A stretch of DNA of 64,000 bases from Phoronis australis (taxonomy: Eukaryota; Animalia; Phoronida), in the NCBI GenBank assembly GCA_002633005.1, contig NMRA01000021.1:585075-649074 (forward strand), read 5' to 3'. The position numbers and the translations under genes were made by a program. Positions 1 through 12,949 of this stretch are shown piece after piece. The stretch's first letter is position 1. The number at the start of each line of letters is the position of its first letter. Below the pieces are notes generated by a model that ran no database searches, was not told the origin of the DNA, and worked only from the letters and a program-made list of their open reading frames with translations.

Positions 1-244
1 CTAGTTATTTGGTACAAAAAATAATTGTCAAAATTGTCATTTTCCATTTTTCAGAGGTCATGATTATCTTGGGGAAACTTTACCAAATGTTGATGTACTG
101 ATGACGTCACAGTATGAACCGTGTTAATAATAGACTAAATTTCCTTTTATCATTATTTTGTGGAGAAATTTGACAATGATAAAATTTCATTCGTCAGTAT
201 TAAAAGTGTGCTTTATAAATGAAGAGTTACCGTACCTCTTTTTC

Positions 245-391
245 AGCCTCCCGTTCAGTAACGCTAGGACCTCGCTAAAAAGCAAGACTTCGTGAGATTA
301 CATGAGATATTGCTGTGTACTTGAAATGACTTCGGCTAGTTTTAGCAAGGTGCTAGCGTAGGTCCTAGCGTTACTGAACGCACGCCAGGCT
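245..391 (+). mobile_element. ~150-bp MITE, family A, copy 1
   Basis: Terminal inverted repeats agcct-cccGTTCAGTAACGCTAGGACCT ... AGGTCCTAGCGTTACTGAACgcacgccaggct. The internal sequence recurs at 10026, 21900 and 28316. Confidence 0.85.
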
Positions 392-1393
392 TAATTCTTA
401 CATTGTAGCTGATCTGTAATTTGGTTGTGAAACCATCTTGTTATATTTATATAGCATGACTGTGTGTCCATGTGTTTTTGAATGATTCTTTTCATTGTTA
501 TGTGATGTTATTGGACAGTGATTGCGTTATACTTCAAGTTCTGTCGCGAGAAGGCGTCTTTCACTGTAGCGTCTTCCACTGATTTTCCCGCATTCAAGTC
601 AGTTGCTGCATCTACAGTACAAAACAAAAGTATTCAGACAAAATGCCTTTTCCCGTCGTGACGGCTAATCTTGTTAACAGCAAAATGACATGTAATAACT
701 AGCTATATTAGGGCGGCAAAATTCTAATTACAAAATGGCTTGTATTGGCCACAATCCCCTTCATTTATGAGAGAAGAATACTCTAACCAGCGATGAATTC
801 GGCTTCCGCGGAGAATTCGGGGTCATTTTGTCCGAATACTTTTGACTTTAATATTATATCATGTGCCTGTTCGGTAGACTAAATAATCTTACGAAAACGA
901 AAGATCACGCAATTTTTCGCGAAATATTGCCATCATTTTGTTTGACAAGCAAAGCACGTGGGCATTATGCCTGCAAAATTCTTGCGATCTGTCCAAGCCT
1001 AGAATCTGTTGGCCCATAAAGAAACAAGCGAAAGGAAAGGTCGCCTAAGCCTTCGTGAGATATCGCCATGCATGACGTGATCAAGTTTACTCGTCAAGTT
1101 CTTGGTCTACTGAATACCGCTCATAGCGAGTCATAGTGAGCGCGGAATTAAATCTTTTTGACATGATGTACATGTACTAGCAGGTCTCTGTTGCTGTGAC
1201 CCGTTGTCAGAACTAAAATAGTTAATGAATAATTGTATATTTTTATATTTCATGTGGCTATTTAATTCAGTAAAAGATATTAAATACTCAATGATACTAA
1301 ATTTGTTTGACTTTCTTCTCTGTGATGGGTGATAGAGAAGCGTGATCGCGTGTTGTCAGAAATTTATCTCGTCCATGTTCGGCAAGCATGATT

Positions 1394-1446
1394 GGGTGAG
1401 GCTGGGTGAGGCTGGGTGAGGCTGGGTGAGGGGGGGGGGAGGGGGA
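1394..1446 (+). repeat. (GGGTGAGGCT)n short tandem repeat followed by a G-run
   Basis: About 4 copies of the 10-mer, then poly-G. Confidence 0.9.
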
Positions 1447-2618
1447 GCTAGACGGAGATTGTAGGGCAGTTGAATATTAATTGCCCGGGATAATCACTGA
1501 GCTTTTTCCTGCCTTGGGTCGAGCTCAGGGTCGAGATTGAATCGTTCGAGTGTCCTGATGACAAATGGGAACACGACTGGAGAATTTCTTTGCACAGCCA
1601 CTTATCGGGAGAGTGCTCAACTTGTTGCATTCGCTGCAGGAGCGTTTAAGTAGCTGTCTCAAATCTGTCAGTCATTAAACAGGGTAAATTGGAATTGTCT
1701 GGCGGTCGGCCACGTGCTGTTCGACACACAGCCAGAGATGCATGCCATATATATATAAGATCAGTGTCGTGGCAATGGGACTTGTCACTCCGAACGGAAA
1801 AAGACTGCCAGTTTATTTGTAAAGAACGAGAAGGTTGCTGATTTCAAATATCCTTTCAAGTTTCCAGGCAATGCTGTCAGATATTTGCTGTGCCCGCAAC
1901 TTGGATCCGGTGACCCGCACTTCCTGGTGTAAGTTTTAATTGTTAAAACTTAAAATATTTCGTTCACGAGTGCCTTTAATTAGTATTGAGGCTCAAATAC
2001 AGAGACGGTAGTGCAATTAAGTTGAGTAATCGTAGCGCGAAAAATGACAAAAACGAATTTAAAGGCAACTTGTTCTCATTTTGTTCCCACTCGGATTAGA
2101 ATTACCTCTAGGCAGGAGAATAACTGACTGGTCGTTATTGCTTCAGATCACGTCCATTAGCATAGCTATATGTGTAACCCCTTTTTCAAAAAAATACGTG
2201 CAACAAAATATGTGGGAGTTTCAAATAAATTAAATTTCATACCAAATAGTTATTTTGTTTTCCAGTGAAAAACACCGTTTTTGGAAATGCTGAGTGGAAA
2301 ACGCCGTTCTTGAAATGGTATGTCATCAACATGCTTGGCTGATTTTGTTTACGTGCGGTCTGTAAATCATTTCAAATCTCGCGTCAAAGTTATACCACAA
2401 TGCAAAAACCCTAGAGTTCGCCAACCCACTTTGCCGAGTGAGTCAGCTGTCTGTTAAGTCATTTCTGGAATTTTTATGCGTAAGAGTCAGTCTATGAAGA
2501 AAAACGTGTCCGAATACTAAGTGATATACATGTAGACCGACAGCATGCGAAGATCGATTCCCCGCTGTAGTCGCAGTCAAGTTCAGTCCCGAAGCGGCCT
2601 GCAACTGAAGTTCATTGA

Positions 2619-3608
2619 CCGAACGCAGGGTCGTCTGGAGACAAAAATATTTATCATAGCGTCATTGTAGATAAGCTATTGCAAGTTACACTTTTAAAAA
2701 TACAATGAATCAGCTCTAACAGGCTTACAAGCCACCTTTATAGTGAAAAAGAAATAACATGCTCATGCCTACTTGACAACACTAACTATAAAAACGGCGT
2801 GTCGGAGTGAGCGGAAGGGTGGCAGTTCTTTGGCACTTGAAGCTTCAGTTACTTGCACTGCGTTCCTTAAACGCAAGACACTAGCGACGAGAAATCCACG
2901 GTTATTGAAAGGAAAAGTAAATTTTACTCTATATTTCTACATTTCGGACAGGCAAACCTAGATCTATTTAGTGACCACCATTTTACTAGTGTGCGAGACT
3001 GGGGCATACTGTCTCGCGTTATACCAGCTTTCACTGTGATTTTGCGGGGATTTCGCTTTTTGCGAGTGCATTGCGTCTAAAGTGCACATCCATTTTGTGC
3101 CATTTGGTTCGNCGAACGCAGGGTCGTCTGGAGACAAAAATATTTATCATAGCGTCATTATAGATAAGCTATTGCAAGTTACACTTTTAAAAATACAATG
3201 AATCAGCTCTAACAGGCTTACAAGCCACCTTTATAGTGAAAAAGAAATAACATGCTCATGCCTACTTGACAACACTAACTATAAAAACGGCGTGTCCGTT
3301 GGAGTGAGCGGAAGGGTGGCAGTTCTTTGGCACTTGAAGCTTCAGTTACTTGCACTGCGTTCCTTAAACGCAAGACACTAGCGACGAGAAATCCACGGTT
3401 ATTGAAAGGAAAAGTAAATTTTACTCTATATTTCTACATTTCGGACAGGCAAACCTAGATCTATTTAGTGACCACCATTTTACTAGTGTGCGAGACTGGG
3501 GCATACTGTCTCGCGTTATACCAGCTTTCACTGTGATTTTGCGGGGATTTCGCTTTTTGCGAGTGCATTGCGTCTAAAGTGCACATCCATTTTGTGCCAT
3601 TTGGTTCG
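2619..3608. repeat. ~495-bp near-identical tandem duplication joined by a single n (probable assembly overlap)
   Basis: 2619-3111 is repeated at 3113-3608, differing only by a few small indels or SNPs. The n lies at 3112, exactly at the junction. Confidence 0.8.
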
Positions 3609-5170
3609 AATAGTACTATAGGTTTCTCCTTTGAAGCCATGTAGCTGGGCATATAATATTTTTAAGGTTAAACAATTCAGTATATGATTTAATCTGATTT
3701 TAGGCAGGAACATCGATTTAATTTGGCCTTGCTTTCGGGACACTGTCTTCGTCTGACTTTTCTACCAGTAAACCTAAACATTCCGGACTGGTAAACCTAT
3801 CACTTCTGTTACCGACATTTTCCTAATGTACTCAACTAAAATCACAAGTGTACTCGCGCGACACCCGCTTTTCTCTCGCTTGATTTTGCAGCATTTTGTT
3901 TGTTTGCGCGTCTCACGTCTACGGAATGCACCCAGTTTTGTGCCATCATATTTCGAATAGTATTAAGTTTCTCATTGGGAGCCATGGTGCTCGGGTTAAT
4001 AATTTTCATTATGACTTTTTTTGATTTGAGGCAGGAACAGGTTGATTTAATTTGGGTTTGCTTTTTAGGGCACACGGTCTACGTCTGACTTTTCTGGCAG
4101 CAGAACTAAACTAAGATCCGGACATATAAGATTGTGTCATGTTAGGCTACTCATGAAGCATTAGCGTACCTCAATCAAAACAGTATTTTGACTTTCATGC
4201 CGTGGTCTTTCCAATGGCTCCTTACAATACACAAAAAATTGCTTGTTTGTTTTATTTTTAGGTAATATTGTGAGGCAAACCTTTTAAACATTTTGAAATA
4301 TTTTGTGAAACTTGAATCACTCCTGCCAAAACTGAAGTTGCTGACGACGCAGGCTACACAGCAAGCTTGAGTATGTTTTGCTAACCAGGATTTTATCCAC
4401 CGGTTTATCATTTTTGGCAAAATATCGTAAGTTGGCTGAGTCTTCACGTTTTCTCAGTAGCTGGACTAAGAGAATTACCATCTGGTACGTTGTTTAAAAC
4501 GCATTATGCGGGCATTCCTATAACATTTTCTGTTTTAGTCAATACTCCAGAGTGGCTTTGGAACTCGAACTGCTTCCATGCGGAGTCTCGCACGACAAGA
4601 AAACAGTAGATTATTAGACGGCACCTGTTTCATTGACCTTTTCTGCAAGCTCGAAAGTTCGACGTCAGCGAGTGGTTAATTTAAGTGCGTACATGTACTT
4701 GGTGAATTATTACGAAGACAACGTTCAATTGGCATGCGTGCATTGTTCCCTCGATGAAACAGTGAGAGGCAATAATTACGTTACCGCATAAAATTAAGAA
4801 CTGAGTGGATATTCGTGAAAGCTTGGAATCTTATTGACAGAATTGGGGCAGTCAGGAATAGACTCGGTCGACGTCCCTCAAGTGCGTCGAATGAGAGATA
4901 TGAGAATGCGAGACAATATTAAGTCCACTGCAACACTTGCGTTGGAATAATTTTCAAGTGTGCAAATATGTAACTTGAGGAAACAACGGAACTGTGCTCA
5001 AGTGATGTCAGCAGACATACGATTTCTTCACTTGACTTGAATACTGGCAGTTACGTGGAATTTGGAATGGCAGCTCAATGTCATACGAAATCAATATAGC
5101 TAACAAAGTTTCATCGAACGTTCTAGCAGTTAGCACGGATTACTGATGGTTTAATTTTTGTTTTAGCGTG

Positions 5171-6307
5171 ATGAGAGTTAAGCTTGCCAACTTGGCAAAG
5201 ATTTGTATTTCTATTTTTGTTTTCGTGACTCTGTATGGTGCTCTGAACACATACGTGTACCACAATCAGCACAGAGGTGATTCAGCCAACGCGCTGTTTC
5301 AAGACAGAGAAAATATATTGTCTTCCCTTGTGCAGTTTGATCAACACGTCGATCTTACTTCGCCGAGGTTCAATCTCTCCAAAAGACTTCTACCTCATTC
5401 GTTAGTTCCTCGAAATGCAACAAAATGGCAGTATGAAGGAATGGTCTTCCTTAATCACCAGTTTCCATCAATTCCAGTGAACTACTCGATAGAAAACAAA
5501 CACGTGTGCTTGAAACATAAACAAATTCACATCTTGATTTACGTTCATTCGTCGCCTCAAAATTTCGACCGCAGGGAAGCTTTGCGCAATAGTTGGACTA
5601 ACGGAAGTGTTTATATTCGAAACAACTTAACTGTGGCGGCAGTGTTTCTTTTGGGAAAACCAGAAAACGAGGTCATTCAGAGAAAAATTCTACAAGAAAA
5701 CGCACTTCATAACGACATTGTACAGGGTGATTTCATCGATCGATATCGCCATCTAACCACGAAGGCCATACTAGGGATACAATGGATTACAGAAAACTGC
5801 CCCAACGCAGAATATATTTTAAAAACAGACGACGACGTTTTTGTAAACCTCTCTAGTTTACTAAAAGGTCTTCGATTCGGCAGAAACAAACCTAAGCGGT
5901 TGCTAATGTGCAATGTTTGGCAGGAAGGAGCGATGTCTATACTTCGCAACCCGTGGACATGTAAAAAATGGTGCGTCACAGAGACAGCGTTTTACGGTAG
6001 TGCTAAATATCCTCGCTACTGCGCAGGATTGTCGTTTTTCATGACTGCGGATATAATTCCAACGATGTTCTATATTGCTGGATCAACGCCTTATTTCCCC
6101 ATAGACGACATTTTTGTAACAGGAATGTTACCGAGAGGAATCAAGAACATGAATTATCTGGATATTGGCAAAAAATATCACCTTTCACCAAATAACAAAG
6201 TAGAAACGTTGAAAACTATTGTCTCAACTAAAGCAATTGTGCATGACAGGGATTACAGGAATATGAAATTGCTATGGGAAACAGTGAATAGAAAGAAAAA
6301 TCAATAG
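5171..6307 (+). CDS. GT31 family beta-1,3-galactosyltransferase-like glycosyltransferase, single coding exon, type II Golgi membrane protein
   Basis: N-terminal TM segment (ICISIFVFVTLYGAL) and GT31 motifs YVHSSPQNFDRREALRNSW, VFLLGK, E...HNDIVQGDFIDRYRHLTTK, YILKTDDDVFVN (DxD), KWCV, YPRYCAG, IDDIFVTG. A splice acceptor tttttgttttAG (5165-5166) sits just upstream of the ATG at 5171. AATAAA at 7047. Confidence 0.93.
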   Translation: MRVKLANLAKICISIFVFVTLYGALNTYVYHNQHRGDSANALFQDRENILSSLVQFDQHVDLTSPRFNLSKRLLPHSLVPRNATKWQYEGMVFLNHQFPSIPVNYSIENKHVCLKHKQIHILIYVHSSPQNFDRREALRNSWTNGSVYIRNNLTVAAVFLLGKPENEVIQRKILQENALHNDIVQGDFIDRYRHLTTKAILGIQWITENCPNAEYILKTDDDVFVNLSSLLKGLRFGRNKPKRLLMCNVWQEGAMSILRNPWTCKKWCVTETAFYGSAKYPRYCAGLSFFMTADIIPTMFYIAGSTPYFPIDDIFVTGMLPRGIKNMNYLDIGKKYHLSPNNKVETLKTIVSTKAIVHDRDYRNMKLLWETVNRKKNQ

Positions 6308-7282
6308 AAAGCATTTAACTCGTCTGAAAAGCCCGTTGTTGTCTTTTGACTGTCTTCGTGGAAACTCGTGACCCCGGCTTCTGACTGACAGCACACTCGC
6401 GTCAGTCATTGTCGCTGACAATATCCTCTGACGAAAATCGGCTGGTGTGTTGCTACTGCCGACATTATTCCCAACAACATTGCAAACTGGCGTGTTAGAG
6501 CCGGTGTCGTTGGACGTACTGCCGGCGTGTCTGACAATGTAGTGAACCGTTTTCCTTTATTCCATGCACTGACGGGGACCGGCTTGCACGTTTCGCATTG
6601 CTATACGACTTAGTATGACAGTGTGAAAGAGGCAGCGCGCTTAGCATGTAAGTCTTCTCAGTGGGGCTGGTAACCACGGGAACGGGAAGCTTAGTTACGA
6701 TACCTCTTCTTTGACTACTTTCTCATGGGCGGCGCAGCACTGAAAGTGAAGGAGATCCTCCAGCCCCCTATGGTGCGCCTCCCATGTCAGTTTCTGGGTG
6801 GGTAATCGTTTGTTTTGATGTTTTCCATAGCCATGATTATAGCCGCTGTCGGTCCTCATTTTTAAACTTATACATTTCAATGGAATGTAAATTTTAAATG
6901 TGGCCAATTCTTCAAATTAGACATAAAATGGGACATAATTATCCACCACCTTCCACACGGGCATGGTCTCGTGCTACCTTATATTTTACATTGTATTGTA
7001 ACAACCTGGGGTGGCGTAGCGTATGCTCATAAATTGTGATGGAAACAATAAATACACATGGGTTGCAACGTGCAGTTTTCTTATTTTGCACATTAGAATT
7101 TACCTGGTGATGGATTTTGGAACTACTATTGCCGCCATAGTAATATTGTTAACGAAATTGCAAACATAAATGCATTACCAAACTGATAACGCCGTCAGTT
7201 AAGTTGACAACCTATTTACACATCTTTCGTATGTGTCATTGAAAGCGCTTGATTCTCCAAAACGCGCCGTTTAAAATACACG

Positions 7283-10018
7283 TAGATTAAATGCGATTTG
7301 CCGGATCGATTTTTTTCTTTGCTGTTTCATGTAGCCTGGGATTAAGTAAGTATGATTTATGGGGGTCAGGGGGTGACCGTTCGCAACCCTGGAGCATTTT
7401 TTTAATTTATGCAAATTAAGGTCACCATTATGCAAAATTTTATTTTTGCTTATATAATTTCCTTGTCAAGCACTGCAGGCAGATTATTTTGACGTTTTTA
7501 CCCATGCTTCCATAATCAACGAATTTAATAACGAATTATTTGGTGGATACATTGTCAATTTGTATAATTTATGCAATTAAGGCCGCCATTATTCAAAGTT
7601 CCTCTTGTGCTACCGTACCAATTAAGCACCACACTGACAGATCAACTATCATAATATTTGCACCAAGTAAATTCTTATAGTCAATTAGTTTATTGAAACC
7701 AGTTTGCATCTTGTTGCATGATAAATTTGCATAATTAATGCAAATTAAGGCAGTCATTATTCAAAATTGTACTTGTGCTTATAGCTGTGGTACCAAGCAC
7801 CACAGGTAAACTATCATGGAATTTGAACCTAATATATTTTCCTATGGTCAATTAGGTAAATGAAATCAGTTTGCAAATTGCCTGATAAATTTGCATAATT
7901 TATGCAAAAAGGCGGCCATTATTAAAAGTTCTGTTTCTGCTCGTAACTTTCTTACGGGGGGGGGGACACTACATGTAGATTAGTTTGGTATCTGTACTGA
8001 TAAATTTAATGTAATCTGTCATTACATCATGAATATAAATAATTTGTAATTTATTACACACATTACAAATTCTAATTTTGTCTGATACCTAGGGTAGATC
8101 TAGTAGATGACCACTTTTTTAATTACGATGAACCCAGGAAAATAACCTATCGAACCGGGCACAATCAACAAGATGTTTTAAATGCTAATTCAACACTCAG
8201 ATGGTGAGCACACTACAGTATAACACGCCCACAATATAGTGGTGGGTAGACAATTGACGCGGCAACTAGGCCTACTTGATACATGGAATCTAACCTTAGC
8301 AGCCACACCTAACCATCTCCAGTATGCAATAGGGGCGAGTTGGACACCATCTAGAATTGTAGGTAGTGAGAGCGATTTGTGTATGGCATCTTTCCTCCAT
8401 CCATAGGCCTCTGGATCGACGTTCCACCACGTGACTGACTGTTAATGGGGTCTATTTACAAACCCTGTGAATGCCTCTGTTGTCGGTAACGGAGTACACA
8501 GTTTGGGGCGGAAGTATATCCTTTGTCGTTTTTCTTTCCCAACTAGTAGTCTAGTTCCTGACGTCTTCCTGATTCTCTTCATTCCATAAAAGACACACAT
8601 ATATTTAGGGATTTAGTGGCCTGTTTTATAAGGAAAAACACGCATATATAGTGTCGATGGCAGAAGGTCATGTCCAGCCTTCAATATTTTAACGATGGAT
8701 CACTATCCAACTCCACAGTAGCATACCCCAGTGTTACACCCCTACAGTGCATGAGCAGGGAGGAGACCTTCGCAATCATGGTTGTGGCATTTGAAGCTGT
8801 TCCTTGTCATAGTAATGCCCACAAAGCACAAATATATTTGTGTCATCCGAAACAGCTGACTATTTGCTAACTACAAATGCACATTTCACGTCCTGCCGGC
8901 TTTCTTGTGGGATGTCTCCAGATTATACCTACTGCCAATGTCCTTGTACAGTATCAGAGGGACAGGGATTATTCATCTTTCAGTGATTACCTGCTCGTGT
9001 TCTTTACGTACTGCTAGCCTTTCTCGAAGTCTGACAACGTTGCCTGTCCAATGCTTCTTGTTTCATGAACATTAACCGTAGGAATACCAATCCTGTCACT
9101 CGGCAGTGCTACTGTTCACTACTGCATCTTCGGGATGGACCTTGGGTTCCAATAGATCGATGCTAGTAGCCCCACTCCAGCATTCAGCCAGGTCATTAAA
9201 CCAATCAGCGTTTATTCTATGGTCTGTGGGAGCGCAGGACAATAGGGAATATCCTTTTGAACTTATAAGGTCTCAAACTGCTGAGCACTCACTACATAAA
9301 ACATTTTTTACTTCATCTGCAAATTTAATTATCACGCTACAACCTGCAAACAGAATTCATTAGATTCATCGACCGCAGAAACACGCTGGTTGCAAATATG
9401 AATAACTAACCTCTGGTGTCTGATGCAGCAGTTATAAGCACGAGTACAATTTTGAATATGGCTGCTGTAGTTCGTGTAATTTATCAATAATGCAAATTCT
9501 TGATGGCCATGAAAACACGAGATATTATACGAAAATAATCTACATGTAATGCCCGTAAGGAAGTTACGAGCAGAAACATCTAGTATTTCGAGTACTTGCC
9601 CTTTACGTGCAGAATTCATGCAAATTTATCATGCAACAACTTGCACACTGATTTCATTAAATTAATTGACCTCAGAAAAATGAGCGAAGACGTTACAATA
9701 CAAAATGCAGAATTTTTAATAATGGCGATTTTAAGTTGCATACAGTATGCAAATTCACGATGTATCCACCAGTAAATCAACTCCATTAAATTTACTGACC
9801 ATGGAAGCATAAGTGAAAACAGTAACCTGTCCAGTCTGCAGTGCTTGGTAAGGAAATTGTAAGCAAAAATAGGATTTTGCATAATGGTTGCCTTAATTTG
9901 CATATTTAAAAAAAATTAAAGGCCTGCGAATAGTCACCCCTCTAAATCATGATTAACTATGCTTAGGCTGCATGAAACAGCAAAGAAAAAACGTTTTTCG
10001 ACAAATCCAGGTTAAGTA
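7283..10018 (-). mobile_element. Degenerate Academ-type DNA transposon with long TIRs
   Basis: Several-hundred-bp imperfect inverted repeats (7310 ttttctttgctgtttcatgtagcct... vs ...aggctgcatgaaacagcaaagaaaa 9991). The interior (about 8200-8920, minus) gives broken motifs VSDDTNIFVLCGHYY, LLPAHAL*GCNT..Y.GVG, LPTTEAF...VNRPH*Q..W..DPEAYGW and ILEMVRCGC. These match the XPG-like and Cys-rich regions of Academ transposases. Confidence 0.75.
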
Positions 10019-10025
10019 AAGAAAC

Positions 10026-10168
10026 AGCCACCTGTTCAGTAACGCTAGGACCTCGCTAAAAAGCAAGACTTCGCGAGATTATGTGAGAAATTGCCGTGTA
10101 TTTTAAATGAGAGCACGTGACTTTGACTAGGTTTTAGCTAGGTCCTAGCGTCTACTGAACACACGCCC
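10026..10168 (+). mobile_element. MITE family A, copy 2
   Basis: gttcagtaacgctaggacctcgctaaaaagcaagacttcg... as at 245-391. It lies immediately outside the right Academ end. Confidence 0.85.
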
Positions 10169-11802
10169 GCACTTGGCTCCCGGACTAAATACACGCTTTT
10201 AGCTTAGGATGTAAATGGATGGAAAATTTATCGGAAATCCCTGGTAACGAGCAAATGCATTACGTAATTCATCACTGTAATGCACATGAACTTGTTTTAT
10301 TGTACTTATAATCAACAGCGTTAGTCCTCGTTATATCGATTTTTACGTTCAACACATGGACTATACAATTCGTTCGCCGCAAACTCGTTTCCCAGGGTTC
10401 GTAACGGTAGCTTTTTAAAAAATAAGAAATTTTTGACAAAAAGCAGAAATGCTTACAATAAGTGTACCAACTACTGAGCCAAATAGTACACGTAGAGTTA
10501 GAACAGAAAACAAGACCAATTATTTTCATGCTTAAACCTTGTGTTCATAAGCATCAACATACTACAGACTGGATCGTTCAACTTTGTCAAGTGCATCAAT
10601 AAATCTGCCTTATTGGGTTTATGTGGTTAAGGCAGCTTAATTCATTGAGGACCAATGCAAATTTAGAAAATATGAGTCGTTTTACAACTTTTAATGGACT
10701 TTGTGAAAAACAAAAGCAACAAAAACATAATTATGGGTCAATGATGAAGAACGTTTCGCAACAGGAATATTTCTTTTATACAATTTTCCGAAAGTAAGAA
10801 TCAACAAAAAATTATACTGAGCAGTAGGACATATTTCAAAGAGAACGAAAAGAAAGAGAAATTCGAACCCTGGTTTCCAGAAATGAACAAGAGACCGACG
10901 TTTGGCGTAACAAAGTCATTTATTATGATTATATTGCAGTACAACACAATGTAAGAAAATGGATAAACCAGTAGTAAAATAAAAGTATCTCTAGAAAATG
11001 GACAACAAAACGTCAAAAGAGATTTTGAAAACACCTCACGCCATACATGTATATCAATTTATTTTAGGCCCGTGTGCCATTGCAATATAATGATCCACCC
11101 AACAGGACCCGGGATCAGATTTCCTGATAAACTGGCCTCTTGAGGACAGCGGCATAAAACAATCTATTTTTGAAGTAAGGTGCCACGAAATGGGCAGAGG
11201 TTTTACTGTACTTAAATTTGACAGTTTGATGACATCATCATGACACATTTTTGTTGTCAAATAAAANGCATCAAGAATTAAGGATTAGGATGACATAAAA
11301 ATGTAAAAAACAGTCAAAATTATTTTTTTTGTGTATCCACCTACCTTTTTAACATTAACATGAAGTGTGATCGAACATTTTGGACAAGTAAGTACACTTT
11401 CACTGCCATTTACAAGAAACCAAAACCCTGCACATTTTTCTGTAACCATTTGTCTGTACGAAAATATCAACTTGTTACGTAACCACAGAAAGAGCTCACA
11501 GTTTGTAATCGTCGCTAGAGACCAAATTAAACTAGTTGGTTTGTCATGGTCATCGTGTTATGCGCAGAGTATGCCTCAAGCAGTAACGGACTACCACCAT
11601 TCTTTCATATTTTTTATTCTAAACTGTGATATCAATTAAGAGTTGATGAATAAAAGAATTATCTAACATTAGACGCGTTGCTTGCAGTCCTCAGAAAACC
11701 CAAAACGTTTCCAGAGAAACCAAATGTAACAAATTTGATTTTCAGCTCTGACCTGGGCACTGGAGATTGATCTGTTATCGTCTTAAATTATTTTTGATTT
11801 GA

Positions 11803-11950
11803 TAGAGAGAGGGAGGGAGGGTGGGAGGGAGGGAGGGTGAGAGGGAGGGAGGATGGCTGAGAGGGAGGAAGGATGGGTGAGAGGGAGAGAAGGCGGGTGG
11901 GAGGGAGGGAAAGTGAGGGAAGGTGGGAGGGAGAGAGAAAGAGAGAGAAG
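11803..11950. repeat. (GGGA/GA)n polypurine microsatellite
   Basis: About 150 bp of GGGA/GA repeats. Confidence 0.9.
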
Positions 11951-12268
11951 CCTCTTACAAGGCAATTTTTACACTCGTCTTTGCTATCGTAATTCTGATT
12001 GATGAAAGGTTAGACTGTTTCTCATGTCAATTAAATAAATGATTGAATCATTCCTACACTCAAGGATGCAACACTTCCTTCGCGGTCATGAATAGTTCCA
12101 AGTATGAACATAAAGCATGACCACCATTGCAATATAAGAGTAAATAAAAAAGCACTTTTTGAACAAATAGGCAACTTTGAATGACATATCTACTAGTAAA
12201 ATTAAAATCCGTGCAGTTGTCTAACTTTCTTCATTTTTCCTGAGTGTGTCAAACTTTGCCTCACTTTG

Positions 12269-12500
12269 CATGCGCGCACCCAGCCTTCAATATGGGAGGG
12301 CTCGGCGAATTCTTGACAAAAATGCAGGGGGACTAAAAAAAAACGGGGGCACCACTCTGAATTGCGCGTTTGTGCTTGTTTGGTGGACTTTTGTCTCATT
12401 TTCTCGGACTTATTGTTTCTCAGAGGCGGACCTTTTTGCCCACTTTGCCGTATGGGGGGGCTCATTCGAGCCCCCCCGAGCCCCTCTGGGTGCGCACATG
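12269..12500. mobile_element. ~230-bp MITE with CATGCGCGCACCCAG TIRs and apparent 5-bp TSD CTTTG
   Basis: ctttg|catgcgcgcacccag ... ctgggtgcgcacatg|ctttg, with an internal GGGGGGCTC..GAGCCCCCC hairpin. Confidence 0.75.
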
Positions 12501-12949
12501 CTTTGATATTTCTTACCTACATAAACATTATCCTTCACAAATAGTACTCTAAACATTTCAGCCAAACTGAAGATATTTTAGAACCTGATTACCATCATGT
12601 ATTTTTACACCTAGATTTGGTGATCACTCTTTGGAATGGTGTGCACGGAACTGAGTAAATAGGCAGTATCAATTTTAGTTGATACTGCCTTTTACATGCA
12701 GCTCAGTTCTGTTTTATGATGACAATTTGAGGAGGCGCATGGAACCTGCTTCTTGTATAGATGGAATTGAGCAAATATATATCCTGTCCACACTTGTGCA
12801 GTCAGAAGTATTCCACAGGGGGGCCAAGTGTGAAATTGTTGATGACGGTAGGGGTGAAATGAACATGGGGACACTTTGGAATGAACACGAAGGGAGCAAA
12901 CCCAACATAGAAAAGAGTTTTGACTGGGGCTACGCCATTGCCAGTAGTT

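Noticed and set aside
2619-3608. Biological tandem duplication upstream of the GT31 gene
   Set aside because: The single n at the exact junction and near identity point to an unmerged contig overlap.
11783-11965. Pro/Ser/Leu-rich ORF
   Set aside because: Translation of the (GGGA)n microsatellite.
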